The notes: a model not told the origin generated them from the letters alone. 64,000 nucleotides of DNA from an uncultured Clostridia bacterium (GCA_947629005.1 CANRCD010000002.1:240488-304487), one strand, 5' to 3'. Numbered from the stretch's first letter, positions 7,778 to 17,898 are shown. Numbers and translations: made by a program.

Positions 7778-8394
7778 TGTGTTACCTCCATGCTGCTCAG
7801 TGCGTTCCCGAGCAGGATATAGCGCGCCATGGCCAATGGCCTGCCGCCTCTGAGACCTATTTTATCGTAAAAATCCAACGCGGCCTCAATCAGCTCGCGT
7901 CTGTCGCCGCCGAAAACCGCCCAGAGCAGCCGCAGCTCCTCGGGTGAGGTCAGAAGCTCGAGCCGTTGGCTGCCGTCGGGCGGAGCGCCCTGTGTTTCAA
8001 GCACGGCGGCTAGCCGCGCTTTTGGGTACGCTTCGGCGAAGCCGGCGTCCTCGAGGGGCGGCAGAGGCGGAGCGTTGAATTTCGGGGAGGGACTCAAGGC
8101 CGCAAGCAGGAAATCCGGCTTGAGAAAAAAATTCAAAAAGCCCTTTCCCGCGGGCTCGACCCGCTCTCCGCCGGACAGAGGCAGCGCCGCGGCGATTTCG
8201 GCGGCTATTTCAAGCGGGGGCCTTTTGAGCAGGCCCGCCAGCCTCAGCGCCGCCGAGGCGGAAAGCTCGCCGTGGGCTGGGAGCCTCGGGCGGGTTATCT
8301 CATATTCGCAGCCGAGGCCGTAAAGCGACAGCATGGCTCCGTCTATGAGGGCGCGGAGCTCGCGCTTTTTGTCATCGAGCGGGTTCGCGCTCAT
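7774..8394 (-). CDS. ArgRS-like protein: Arg-tRNA synthetase N-terminal (add-1) domain plus DALR-like tail, with no catalytic core
   Basis: PLEIAAEIAAALP...VEPAGKGFLNFFLKPDF matches the ArgRS N-domain (IAGPGFINFFL). The tail ALDFYDKIGLRGG...LAMARYILLGNAL resembles the DALR end. It is only 206 aa and has ATGA overlaps with both neighbours. Confidence 0.6.
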   Translation of the reverse strand: MSANPLDDKKRELRALIDGAMLSLYGLGCEYEITRPRLPAHGELSASAALRLAGLLKRPPLEIAAEIAAALPLSGGERVEPAGKGFLNFFLKPDFLLAALSPSPKFNAPPLPPLEDAGFAEAYPKARLAAVLETQGAPPDGSQRLELLTSPEELRLLWAVFGGDRRELIEAALDFYDKIGLRGGRPLAMARYILLGNALSSMEVTQ

Positions 8395-8804
8395 GAACGT
8401 ACCCGCACGTTTACGTGGTTGCGGCTGTTTTGCAGATTGTTGATGGAGAGGTTGTAGTCTATGTCAAGGCTGCCGCCGTTGTCATCCATGTCGATGTTTA
8501 CCTCTCCTGCGGTGACGTTTACCGTCAGATTGCCGCACTCGGTTTCGTAGCAGCTTATATGGCTGCGTCCTGCCTCGAATATCATCTGTGTGTTGGCCGC
8601 CCCGCTGCGCAGCATGGTGATAACGCCCGCGGGATTGACCTTGATGGTGGTATGGCACTCGCCGCCGCCGGTCATCAAGCCTTCGCTGTACTGTATGTAG
8701 TACTTGCCCGACTTTTTGCACAGCCGCCCCTCGGTGGAGTAGCTGAGCGAGTCTGTCTCGCCGCCGGAGGTGACCTTGCCTTTTATTTCAACATATACTT
8801 TTTT
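8391..8804 (-). CDS. DUF1934 (YwiB-like) beta-barrel protein
   Basis: The sequence MKKVYVEIKGKV...YYIQYSE...T.IKV......M.R.G is DUF1934-like. A GGAG RBS precedes the ATG at 8804. Confidence 0.7.
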   Translation of the reverse strand, partial: KKVYVEIKGKVTSGGETDSLSYSTEGRLCKKSGKYYIQYSEGLMTGGGECHTTIKVNPAGVITMLRSGAANTQMIFEAGRSHISCYETECGNLTVNVTAGEVNIDMDDNGGSLDIDYNLSINNLQNSRNHVNVRVRS

Positions 8805-8825
8805 CATCGGGGAAATCTCCAAAGC

Positions 8826-9623
8826 TTAAATTTCTATCCTGTGCACATCGGAGCTTATTGTCTGGCCGAGGAAGAGCCCGCCCAGCTCGGCAAAGCCCTC
8901 CGCGCTGTCGGAAACAAAGAACTCGTGCCTGCCGGCCTCGGCGGAGCTGGTCAGCATACCGCTTTCGGCGAGAACGTCTCTCGCGCGGCAGGCGGCCTCG
9001 CGGCCGGAGGAGATAAGCTCCGTTTCCTTACCCATTATATCACTTATTACGCCCTCAAGCAAGGGGTAATGTGTGCATCCTAAGATAAGCGCGTCCACGC
9101 CTTCCTCCTTCAGGGGGGAGAGGTAATCGGCGGCAATCATGCTCGCCACCTTGCTCTCGGCGTAACCGTTCTCCACAAGGGGCACGAACATCGGGCACGC
9201 CGCGCTGAAAACCTGCGCCGACGGGTCGAGCGACCTGATTATCTGCTCATACTTGCCGCTTTTTATGGTGCCCACTGTGCCGATAACGCCTATCCTGCCG
9301 GTCTTGCTGCGGCTGACGGCCGCTTGGCAGGCGGGCTCCAGCACGCCGATTATTCTCACGCCGAAATCCCCAAGATGGGGGAGGGCGACGCTGCTGGCCG
9401 TGCCGCAGGCTGCGATTATCAGTTTTATATTGTGTCTTAGAAGGAAGCCGATATCGTCCCTTGTATAGCGGATAATGGTTTCGCGGCTTTTGTTGCCGTA
9501 GGGTACGCGGCCGGTGTCGCCGAAGTAGATTATGTCCTCGTTGGGCATAACGTCCATAAGCTGCTTGACGGCCGTCAGACCGCCGAGGCCGCTGTCAAAA
9601 ACGCCGATGGGGCGGTTATCCAT
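8826..9623 (-). CDS. murI: Glutamate racemase
   Basis: It shows PIGVFDSGLGGLTA, YFGDTGRVPYG, IIACGTAS and LGCTHYPL. Confidence 0.95.
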   Translation of the reverse strand: MDNRPIGVFDSGLGGLTAVKQLMDVMPNEDIIYFGDTGRVPYGNKSRETIIRYTRDDIGFLLRHNIKLIIAACGTASSVALPHLGDFGVRIIGVLEPACQAAVSRSKTGRIGVIGTVGTIKSGKYEQIIRSLDPSAQVFSAACPMFVPLVENGYAESKVASMIAADYLSPLKEEGVDALILGCTHYPLLEGVISDIMGKETELISSGREAACRARDVLAESGMLTSSAEAGRHEFFVSDSAEGFAELGGLFLGQTISSDVHRIEI

Positions 9624-9663
9624 GAAATCTCCTCCAAAAATATATTGCCGCGGAGGCGGAAGC

Positions 9664-11187
9664 CTATTTCACAAGGCTTTCGCCGGTCATTTCGGCGGGC
9701 TGCTCAAGGCCCATCAGCTTAAGCATTGTGGGAGCTATATCGGCAAGCCTGCCGCCCTCGCGCAGAGGCCCGCAGTCCGCGCCGACAACGATGAACGGCA
9801 CGGGATTGGTGGTGTGAGCCGTGAATGGGGCCTTGGTGACGGGATCTATCATTTGGTCTGCGTTTCCGTGGTCTGCGGTAATACATACCACGCCGCCCTT
9901 TTTAAGCACGGCCTCGGTCACTTGGCCCACGCAGTCGTCCACGGCCTCGACGGCTTTGACGGCGGCAGGGATAATGCCGGTATGGCCCACCATGTCGCAG
10001 TTAGCGAAGTTAAGGATGATAACGTCGTACTTGTCGGCCTCAATCTCCTTTATAACGGCGTCTTTCACCTCGTAGGCGCTCATTTCCGGCTTGAGGTCGA
10101 AGGTGGGTACGTCGGGCGACTGAATAAGGATGCGTCCTTCGCCGGCGAACTGCTTTTCCTCGCCGCCGTTAAAGAAGAAGGTGACGTGCGCGTATTTCTG
10201 GGTTTCGGCTATGCGTAGCTGCGTGAGACCTAATTTGCTGATATATTCGCCGAAGGTCTGGGTGAGAGCCTCGGGCGGGTAGGCAACGGAGACGTTGGGC
10301 ATGGAGGCGTCGTACTGCGCCATGCACACGTAGTTTACCTTAAAAAAGCCGTTTCTGCGCTCAAAGCCCTTGAAGTCGGGGTCAACGAAGGAGCGGGTTA
10401 TTTGGCGGGCGCGGTCGGGGCGGAAGTTGAAGCAGATAACGCTGTCGCCCTCGGATATCATGCCGCCCTCGTCAACAACGGTGGGAAGCATAAATTCGTC
10501 CGTCACGCCGTTGGCGTAGGATTTTTTGACAGCCTCCACGGGGTCGCTTTCCTTTACGCCCTCGCCGTAAACCAGCGCGGCGTAAGCTTTTTCAACGCGG
10601 TCCCATGCGTTGTCACGGTCCATTGCGTAGTAGCGGCCGGCCACGGTGGCCACTCTGCCAAGGCCGATCTCCTTCATTTTATCAACCAGAGCGGCCATAT
10701 AGTCCGCGCCGGAAGTGGGAGGAGTGTCGCGCCCGTCGAGAAAGGCGTGGACGTAGAGCTTGCTTACGCCCAGCTCCTTCGCCATGGCGATGAGGCCGTA
10801 AAGGTGTTCGTTGTGGCTGTGAACTCCGCCGTCGGAGAGCAGGCCGAAAAGGTGCAGCGCTTTGCCGCTTTTGGCGGCGGCCTCCATATTTGTGCGCAGC
10901 GCGGCGTTTTTGAGAATGGTTCCGTCCTTAATGTCCTTGGATATTTTAACCAGCATTTGGTAAACCACGCGGCCCGCGCCGATATTTGTGTGGCCGACCT
11001 CGCTGTTGCCCATCTGGCCGTCGGGCAGGCCTACATCAAGCCCGCTGGCGGAGATTATAGTGTTGGGGCACTGGGCCATATATCTGTCAAGATTGGGCTT
11101 TTTCGCCATTTTTATGGCATTGCCCTCGTCGCTTTTATTTATGCCATAGCCGTCCATAATGAGCAGAGCTATCGGTTTTTTTCCCAT
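9664..11187 (-). CDS. gpmI: 2,3-bisphosphoglycerate-independent phosphoglycerate mutase
   Basis: It shows LLIMDGYG, GNSEVGHTNIGAGR, ADHGNA, and is 507 aa. Confidence 0.95.
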   Translation of the reverse strand: MGKKPIALLIMDGYGINKSDEGNAIKMAKKPNLDRYMAQCPNTIISASGLDVGLPDGQMGNSEVGHTNIGAGRVVYQMLVKISKDIKDGTILKNAALRTNMEAAAKSGKALHLFGLLSDGGVHSHNEHLYGLIAMAKELGVSKLYVHAFLDGRDTPPTSGADYMAALVDKMKEIGLGRVATVAGRYYAMDRDNAWDRVEKAYAALVYGEGVKESDPVEAVKKSYANGVTDEFMLPTVVDEGGMISEGDSVICFNFRPDRARQITRSFVDPDFKGFERRNGFFKVNYVCMAQYDASMPNVSVAYPPEALTQTFGEYISKLGLTQLRIAETQKYAHVTFFFNGGEEKQFAGEGRILIQSPDVPTFDLKPEMSAYEVKDAVIKEIEADKYDVIILNFANCDMVGHTGIIPAAVKAVEAVDDCVGQVTEAVLKKGGVVCITADHGNADQMIDPVTKAPFTAHTTNPVPFIVVGADCGPLREGGRLADIAPTMLKLMGLEQPAEMTGESLVK

Positions 11188-11245
11188 ATCAAGCCTTCCT
11201 TTCAGTAAACGAACCGCCGCACAGGGCGGCGGCCCGTCATTCGGT

Positions 11246-11998
11246 TTATTTTGCGGCTTCGACTATCTTTGCGAAGTCGGCCGATTTGAGCGACGCCCCG
11301 CCGATGAGCCCGCCGTCGATATTGGGCTTGGCCAGAAGCTCGGCCGCGTTGGAGGCGTTCATGCTGCCGCCGTACTGAACGGTTACGGCCTCGGCAGTCT
11401 CGCCGCCGTAAAGAGAGGCGAGCATGGAGCGTATGGCCGCGCAGACCTCCTCAGCCTGTTCCGCCGTGGCGGTTTTACCTGTGCCGATGGCCCATATAGG
11501 CTCGTAGGCAATGACCACGTTTTTGGCGTCGGCGGCGTTTATTCCGGCAAAGGCCTTCTTGATTTGAATCGCGATAAGGTCTGTGGTAATGCCGGCCTCG
11601 CGCTGCTCAAGGCTTTCACCCACGCAGACGATGGGGATAAGGCCCTTTTCGAGCGCCTTTTTGATTTTCAGGTTCACGGTTTCGTCGGTCTCGGCGAAGT
11701 ACTGCCTGCGCTCGCTGTGGCCGATTATGACGTACTTCACGCCGAGGTCAAGCAGCATATCGGCGCTTACCTCGCCGGTGAAGGCGCCTTTGTCCTCGAA
11801 ATGGAGGTTTTCGGCGCCGATGGCGACGTGTGTGCCCTCAGCTCCCTTGACGGCCTCGCTGAGGCAGACATAAGGCGTGCAGCACACAACCTCGCACTGA
11901 GCGCCGCGGGTGGCCTCGGCCACCTCCTTAACGAAGGCGCAGGTTTCGGAGGGCAGCTTATTCATTTTCCAGTTGCCCGCAATTATATATTTGCCCAT
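11246..11998 (-). CDS. tpiA: Triosephosphate isomerase
   Basis: It shows IIAGNWKMN, IIGHSERR, AYEPIWAIGTG and GGASL. Confidence 0.95.
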   Translation of the reverse strand: MGKYIIAGNWKMNKLPSETCAFVKEVAEATRGAQCEVVCCTPYVCLSEAVKGAEGTHVAIGAENLHFEDKGAFTGEVSADMLLDLGVKYVIIGHSERRQYFAETDETVNLKIKKALEKGLIPIVCVGESLEQREAGITTDLIAIQIKKAFAGINAADAKNVVIAYEPIWAIGTGKTATAEQAEEVCAAIRSMLASLYGGETAEAVTVQYGGSMNASNAAELLAKPNIDGGLIGGASLKSADFAKIVEAAK

Positions 11999-12031
11999 TG
12001 TAAATTGCTCCTTTGGTGTATACTGATTGAA

Positions 12032-13225
12032 TTACTTATCGTTGAGAGCCGCAATGCCGGGCAGGTCCTTGCCCTCGAGATACTCAAGACTGGCGCCGCC
12101 GCCTGTGGAGATGTGGGTCATCTTATCGCCGAGGCCGGCCTGATTTACGGCCGCAACGCTGTCGCCGCCGCCGATTACCGTGGTGGCATCCTCAAGGGTG
12201 GCAAGAACCGCGGCTATGGCGTTGGTGCCTTTGGCGAAGTTAGGCATCTCGAACACGCCCATGGGGCCGTTCCAAACGACAGTCTTGGCGGTTTTAAGTA
12301 TATCGGAGAACAGCTCAATCGTCTTGGGACCGATATCAAGGCCCTGCCAGCCGGCCTCAATGCCGCCTTCGGGAACTATTTTGCTTTCGGCGTCGTTGTC
12401 AAAGGCTTTTGCAACGACTGTATCAACGGGAAGCACAAGCTTGTCGCCGGCCTTTGCCATCATTTCCTTGGCGTAGTCGATGAAATCAGCCTCAAGCAGG
12501 GAATCGCCTACCTCGTAGCCCTTGGCCTTCATAAAGGTATAGGCCATGCCGCCGCCGATGATGAGCTTATCAACCTTGTCGAGCAGGTTCTCGATAACGG
12601 AAATCTTGCTGGAGACCTTGCTGCCGCCGAGCACCGCCACAAGGGGACGGACGGGAGCGTTCACGGCGTTGCCGAGGTACTGTATTTCCTTCTGGATGAG
12701 GTAGCCGGCCACAGCGGGCTGAACAAACTCGGTCACGCCGACGTTGGAGCAGTGAGCGCGGTGAGCGGTGCCAAAGGCGTCGTCAACAAAAACGTCGGCG
12801 AGGGAAGCGAGGTCTTTGCTGAAGGTCTCGACGTTTTTTGTCTCCTCGGCGCGGTAGCGAGTGTTTTCAAGCAAAACAACGTCGCCATCGTTCATCTCTG
12901 CAACGGCCTTTTTTGCCTTTTCGCCAACAACCTCGGCGTCGTTAGCGAAAACTACGGCCTTGCCAAGCCTCTCGCTGAGGCGCTTGGCCACGGGTGCGAG
13001 GGAAAGCTCGGGCACGGGCTCGCCCTTGGGCTTGCCGAGGTGCGAGCAAAGGATGACCTTCGCGCCCTTATCAATAAGGTACTGAATTGTGGGAAGCGCG
13101 GCGACTATTCTGGTCTCGTCGGTAATTTCGCCGTCCTTCAGGGGCACGTTGAAGTCGCAGCGGACGAGGACTCTCTTACCCTTGACCTCGACATCCTCAA
13201 TGGTTTTCTTGTTTGTCATGCTCAT
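12032..13225 (-). CDS. pgk: Phosphoglycerate kinase
   Basis: It shows [30 protein letters not shown] and STGGGASLE. Confidence 0.95.
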   Translation of the reverse strand: MSMTNKKTIEDVEVKGKRVLVRCDFNVPLKDGEITDETRIVAALPTIQYLIDKGAKVILCSHLGKPKGEPVPELSLAPVAKRLSERLGKAVVFANDAEVVGEKAKKAVAEMNDGDVVLLENTRYRAEETKNVETFSKDLASLADVFVDDAFGTAHRAHCSNVGVTEFVQPAVAGYLIQKEIQYLGNAVNAPVRPLVAVLGGSKVSSKISVIENLLDKVDKLIIGGGMAYTFMKAKGYEVGDSLLEADFIDYAKEMMAKAGDKLVLPVDTVVAKAFDNDAESKIVPEGGIEAGWQGLDIGPKTIELFSDILKTAKTVVWNGPMGVFEMPNFAKGTNAIAAVLATLEDATTVIGGGDSVAAVNQAGLGDKMTHISTGGGASLEYLEGKDLPGIAALNDK

Positions 13226-13276
13226 TTTTGTTCACCTCATAAATATTTTTATTTTTGAATACAAAGGTACATCTAC

Positions 13277-13304
13277 ATTATACCACTTTTTCTATAAATT
13301 GCAA
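13277..13304 (-). promoter_or_regulatory. Promoter TTGCAA-N16-TATAAT (extended TGn) for the pgk operon
   Basis: Read on the reverse complement. Confidence 0.55.
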
Positions 13305-13352
13305 GACATATTTTTATTTTTTATCCGGAGCGCGGGCGAGAGCGCGCCGGCC

Positions 13353-14123
13353 TTATTCGTAATCCACCACGTCCACCCACGAGAGCAGGAAGTCCCGCTC
13401 CTCGGGCTTGCCCTTGACGCTCTGCGACGCGGCCACAATGGGCATCCACTTCTGCACGTACTGCTTGGCGGTGTCGCTCTTTTTACAGAACAAATCGAGG
13501 TAGCGGGCGGCGGTTTCGGCGTCGCCCGAAAGGCAGAACAGCAAATACGTCCTTGCGGCGTCGGCTCCGGCGTTGCCCTGAGTGACGTGCGCCCAGTCGA
13601 TAATGTATGGCGTGCCGTCATCGGAAATGATGATGTTCGAGGGGTTGAAGTCGCCGTGGCAGATTTTGTTATGGCGCGGCATACTTTCGAGGCGGGTGTG
13701 CAGGTCGTAGCGGGTGGTAGCGTCAAGGTCGGTCTGGGAGATTTTCGCGTTCATTTTGTCACGCAGCTTGTTTAGCAGCGGGCACTTCATGGCGTGCACC
13801 GAAAGCTGAAGGTCGACGAAAAGCTCCAGATACTCCTCCCTTCGGTCGGGGTTTTCCTCCATGAGGCGGGCAAGAGTTTTGCCCTCGATAAAGTCAGTGA
13901 TTATGGCCCACTTTCCGCCTATCTGCGTCACGGCGCGCAGGCGCGGGCATTTGATGCCGGTCTCCTCGATTTTGGCCTGATTGAGGGCCTCGTTTAGTAT
14001 GGCTGCCTTTGAAAAACTCTCGTCAAAGAGCTTTATTGCAAGACCCTGAGCCCTGTCGTGGCAGATTACTTTGTTGCTGCGCTCGGCAACTACCTCGCTT
14101 AAATCAAGCTTGGACAAATCCAT
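13353..14123 (-). CDS. APH/choline-kinase-like phosphotransferase family protein
   Basis: It has the catalytic-loop motif ICHGDFNPSNIII followed by IIDW. An RBS AAGGAGG precedes the ATG at 14123, so the ORF-track start at 14159 overlaps the adhE stop. Confidence 0.7.
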   Translation of the reverse strand: MDLSKLDLSEVVAERSNKVICHDRAQGLAIKLFDESFSKAAILNEALNQAKIEETGIKCPRLRAVTQIGGKWAIITDFIEGKTLARLMEENPDRREEYLELFVDLQLSVHAMKCPLLNKLRDKMNAKISQTDLDATTRYDLHTRLESMPRHNKICHGDFNPSNIIISDDGTPYIIDWAHVTQGNAGADAARTYLLFCLSGDAETAARYLDLFCKKSDTAKQYVQKWMPIVAASQSVKGKPEERDFLLSWVDVVDYE

Positions 14124-14139
14124 TTTCGTTTCCTCCTTT

Positions 14140-16737
14140 TTACTTTCCGTAATAGGCATTAAGGAACATTTCCTTTATCTCGCTCATCAGCGGGTAGCGG
14201 GGGTTTGCGCCGGTGCACTGGTCGTCAAAGGCGTTTTCCGTCATTTCGTCGAGGGTGGCGAGGAAGTCCTCCTCGCTGACGCCGTAATCCCTGATAGTCT
14301 CCTTTATGCCGACTGCCTTTTTAAGCTCCTCGATTTTGGCGATGAGCCTTTTGAGCTTTTCTTCGTCGGTCTTGCCGCCCAGGCCAAGGCTTTCGGCAAC
14401 TTCGCCGTAGCGGCGCAGCGCGTGGGGATAGGCGTACTGCGGGAAGGTCCCCATTCTGGCGGGAGCTTCGTCTGCATTGTAGCGCAGCACGTGGCTTATG
14501 AGCAGGGCGTTTGCAATGCCGTGCGGTATGTGGTGATAGGCGCCGAGCTTGTGCGCCATCGAGTGGCAAACGCCGAGAAACGCATTGGCGAAGGCCATGC
14601 CCGCTATCGTTGCGGCGTTGGCCATTTTTTCGCGGGCCTCGGGATCTGCCGCGCCGTTCTCATAACAGCGGGGCAGATACTCAAATATGAGCGAAATCGC
14701 GCGCAGGGCAAGCCCGTCCGTAAAGTCGGTTGCCATGACTGAGGCGTAGGCCTCCAGCGCATGGGTGAGCGCGTCCACGCCCGAGGCCGCCGTCAGCCCC
14801 TTGGGCATATTCATCATCAAGTCCGCGTCGATAACCGCCATGTCGGGCAGAAGCTCGTAGTCGGCAAGCGGGTACTTTATGCCGGTCTTTTCGTCGGTTA
14901 TGACGGCGAACGGGGTGACCTCGCTGCCGGTTCCTGCGGAGGTGGGCACGGCCACGAACAAGGCCTTGTCGCCCATTTTCGGGAAGGCGTAGGTGCGCTT
15001 GCGGATATCCATGAACCGCATGGCCATACCTTCAAAGTCGGTTTCGGGGCGCTCGTAGAGAACCCACATAATCTTTGCCGCGTCCATGGCCGAGCCGCCG
15101 CCCAGCGCTATTATCACGTCGGGGGCAAAGGCAGTCATGGCCGCCGCTCCCGCGCGGGCGCTTTCAAGGGAGGGGTCGGGAGCCACGTCGAAGAACACCG
15201 AGCGGGCGACGCCCATTGCGTCAAGGGCCTTAAGCACGCCGTCCGCATAGCCGTTTTCGTAAAGAAATTTGTCGGTGACGACAAAGGCTCGCTTTTTGCC
15301 CATCACGCCGAGCTCGCTCATCGCTCCTCCGAGACAGCCTCTCTTCAGATATATTTTTTCGGGAGCCCTGAACCAAAGCATATTCTCTCTCCTTTCGGCC
15401 ACGGTCTTGATGTTAAGAAGATGCTTCACACCCACGTTTTCGGAAACCGAGTTTCCACCCCATGAGCCGCAGCCAAGCGTCAGCGAGGGGGAGAGGGCAA
15501 AATTGTAAATGTCGCCTATACCGCCCTGCGAGGACGGCGTGTTTATAAGAATACGGCAGGTTTTCATGCGCTCACGGTGGGCGGCCATTTTGTCGCCGGC
15601 TGTCAAAACGTCGCAGTAGAGCGACGAGGTGTGGCCGTAGCCGCCGTCCTCGATAAGCCGTTCGGCCTTGCTTAAGGCCTCGTCAAAGGTTTTCGCCCTG
15701 TACATCGCCAAAACGGGGGAGAGCTTTTCGTGGGCAAATTCCTCGCTCAAATCTACGCTCTCAACCTCGCCAAGGAGTACCTTTGTGCCATCGGGCACGG
15801 CAAAGCCGGCCAGCGAGGCTATCCGCTCCGCGCTCTGACCGACTATCTTTGCGTTGAGCGCGCCGTTGATTATCATTGTCTTGCGCAGCTTCTCGGTCTC
15901 CTCGGGGCTTGTGAAGTAGCCGCCGCGCCGTTTGAACTCGTCCTTCACGGCCTCGTATACGCCGTCAAGGACGATTACGCTCTGCTCCGAGGCGCAGATC
16001 ATGCCGTTGTCAAAGGTTTTGGAATGGATTATGGAGTTGACGGCCAGAACCACGTCGGCGCTGTCGTCTATTATGGCGGGGGTGTTGCCCGCGCCCACTC
16101 CTACGGCCGGCTTGCCCGACGAGTAGGCCGCCTTCACCATGCCGGGGCCGCCGGTGGCGAGGATGATGTCGGCTTCCTTCATCACGGTGTTGGTCAGCTC
16201 CAGCGAGGGCAGGTCTATCCAGCCGATAATATTTTCGGGCGCGCCGGCCTTAACGGCGGCCTCAAGCACAATCCGCGCCGCCTCCACGGTGCAGGCCTTG
16301 GCGCGCGGGTGCGGGCTCAGAATAATGCCGTTCCGCGTTTTAAGGGCCAGCAGGCACTTGAAAATCGCGGTGGAGGTCGGGTTTGTGGTGGGTATCACGG
16401 CGGCTATAACGCCGATTGGCTCGGCAATTCTTTTAATGCCGGCCGCGGCGTCCTCCTCGATTATGCCGCAGGTTTTTGTATCCTTATAGGCGTTGTAGAT
16501 GTATTCGGCGGCGTAGTGGTTTTTTATGACCTTGTCCTCAACCACGCCCATGCCGGTTTCATCCACGGCCTGCTTTGCCAGCGGCAGCCTCTGCGCTCCC
16601 GCGGCCAGCGCGGCCGCGCGGAATATCTCGTCCACCCTCTCCTGCGGGAAGGCGGCGAACTCCGCCTGCGCCGCGCGCACCCGCGCGAAAAGCGCCTCCA
16701 GCCTCTCGGGGCTGTCAATGTATTCGTATTCAGCCAT
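14140..16737 (-). CDS. adhE: Bifunctional acetaldehyde-CoA / alcohol dehydrogenase
   Basis: At 865 aa, it has an N-terminal ALDH domain and a C-terminal Fe-ADH domain (GGGSAMDAAK, HSMAHKLG). Confidence 0.95.
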   Translation of the reverse strand: MAEYEYIDSPERLEALFARVRAAQAEFAAFPQERVDEIFRAAALAAGAQRLPLAKQAVDETGMGVVEDKVIKNHYAAEYIYNAYKDTKTCGIIEEDAAAGIKRIAEPIGVIAAVIPTTNPTSTAIFKCLLALKTRNGIILSPHPRAKACTVEAARIVLEAAVKAGAPENIIGWIDLPSLELTNTVMKEADIILATGGPGMVKAAYSSGKPAVGVGAGNTPAIIDDSADVVLAVNSIIHSKTFDNGMICASEQSVIVLDGVYEAVKDEFKRRGGYFTSPEETEKLRKTMIINGALNAKIVGQSAERIASLAGFAVPDGTKVLLGEVESVDLSEEFAHEKLSPVLAMYRAKTFDEALSKAERLIEDGGYGHTSSLYCDVLTAGDKMAAHRERMKTCRILINTPSSQGGIGDIYNFALSPSLTLGCGSWGGNSVSENVGVKHLLNIKTVAERRENMLWFRAPEKIYLKRGCLGGAMSELGVMGKKRAFVVTDKFLYENGYADGVLKALDAMGVARSVFFDVAPDPSLESARAGAAAMTAFAPDVIIALGGGSAMDAAKIMWVLYERPETDFEGMAMRFMDIRKRTYAFPKMGDKALFVAVPTSAGTGSEVTPFAVITDEKTGIKYPLADYELLPDMAVIDADLMMNMPKGLTAASGVDALTHALEAYASVMATDFTDGLALRAISLIFEYLPRCYENGAADPEAREKMANAATIAGMAFANAFLGVCHSMAHKLGAYHHIPHGIANALLISHVLRYNADEAPARMGTFPQYAYPHALRRYGEVAESLGLGGKTDEEKLKRLIAKIEELKKAVGIKETIRDYGVSEEDFLATLDEMTENAFDDQCTGANPRYPLMSEIKEMFLNAYYGK

Positions 16738-16791
16738 TGTAATCTCTCCGTTTCAATATATTATGGCCTTGCCGTTATCGGCAAAGCCTAT

Positions 16792-16819
16792 TTTATACCT
16801 TTCCCAATCCGTATGTCAA
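16792..16819 (-). promoter_or_regulatory. Promoter TTGACA-N16-TATAAA for adhE
   Basis: Read on the reverse complement. The short leader contains the hairpin TTGCCG-ATAA-CGGCAA. Confidence 0.5.
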
Positions 16820-16884
16820 GATGAATAACACATAAATACCCGACTTTCACAGAGGTTGGATTAGTATATTTTGCCATGACAAGG

Positions 16885-17736
16885 TTAAAACCCCTCGCCA
16901 AGAATCTGCGTAACGCCGGAAACGATTACGAAAGCGGCGTCGTCCTCCTCGCGGATTATCTCTCGTATACGGCAGAACTCGCGCGCCCTTGCCACGCACA
17001 TCAGCACCGGCAGCTCGCGGCCGGTATAGGCGCCTTCGGCGCGGAAAATTGTGGAGCCGCGGTTAAGCTCCGCCCCTATGCGCGCGGCGATGTCTCCGGC
17101 CTTTTCGGATACCACCAGCACCTTGCGGCAGCGGCCCGAGCCGTATACAACCCAGTTTATCACCTGCGTCTGACAGAACAGCGCCGCCACGCCGAAAAGC
17201 ACCGAATCTATGTCTTTAAATACCGGCGCAGAGGCTGCCAGCACCGCGCAGTCAATGGCCATCAGCGCCGCGCCTATTTGGATGTGAGGGTATTTTTTCT
17301 CCACCACGAGGGAGAGGATGTCCGTCCCGGCGGTGCTTGACCCTCTGAGGAATATGATTGCCATGCCCAGCCCCATGAACGCGCCGCCGAAAATTGAGCC
17401 GAGCATTCTGTCGCCCGCGTAGCGCGGGAAAAACGGCGTCACAAGGAGGTCGAGCATCGCGCTGCTTATCACGAGAGTCCTCAGGCTCCGCAGCACAAAG
17501 CCTCCGCCTATGCGCCGCAGAGCGAGGAGCAACAGCGGCAGATTTAACAGGAAAGTCATAAGCCCAACCGGCAGCCCAAAAAGGCGCTTCAGCATTATGC
17601 AAACTCCGCTTACGCCGCCGGGAGCGATTTCGGCGGCTTCGGCAAAGCAGAAAATGCCGGCGTCCATTGCCAGCGAGCCTAATACGTCGGCCGAAATATC
17701 GGCCGCGAATTTTTTTGCGCGTTCCCCGAACCTCAT
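16885..17736 (-). CDS. YitT family membrane protein (DUF161/DUF2179)
   Basis: It is a multi-TM protein with the C-terminal DUF2179-like FVIVSGVTQILGEGF. A G-rich RBS precedes the ATG at 17736. Confidence 0.75.
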   Translation of the reverse strand: MRFGERAKKFAADISADVLGSLAMDAGIFCFAEAAEIAPGGVSGVCIMLKRLFGLPVGLMTFLLNLPLLLLALRRIGGGFVLRSLRTLVISSAMLDLLVTPFFPRYAGDRMLGSIFGGAFMGLGMAIIFLRGSSTAGTDILSLVVEKKYPHIQIGAALMAIDCAVLAASAPVFKDIDSVLFGVAALFCQTQVINWVVYGSGRCRKVLVVSEKAGDIAARIGAELNRGSTIFRAEGAYTGRELPVLMCVARAREFCRIREIIREEDDAAFVIVSGVTQILGEGF

Positions 17737-17869
17737 CTCGTCACTTCCCCCCTTTCCTTTATTATGGTATGCCGCGGGATTTTTATCCGTACGCCGGCTA
17801 TTGGACAATTTGCATGAAAATCCTGCCCTCGGCCAGCCCAGAATTTACGGAATTAATGAAAAAATATGC

Positions 17870-17898
17870 TTGAAAAACAGGAACGCTTATTGTATAAT
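17870..17898 (+). promoter_or_regulatory. Promoter TTGAAA-N17-TATAAT for the decarboxylase cluster
   Basis: Read directly. Confidence 0.6.

Noticed and set aside
11159-13258. 699-aa plus-strand ORF spanning tpiA and pgk in antisense, with similar long antisense ORFs at 17887-19380, 20172-21338, 21423-22826, 42772-43740, 57104-58279 and elsewhere
   Set aside because: Each lies opposite a gene with unmistakable family motifs. Their products are Gly/Ala/Val/His/Arg-rich with no recognisable domain. Long stop-free antisense frames are expected in GC-rich coding DNA.
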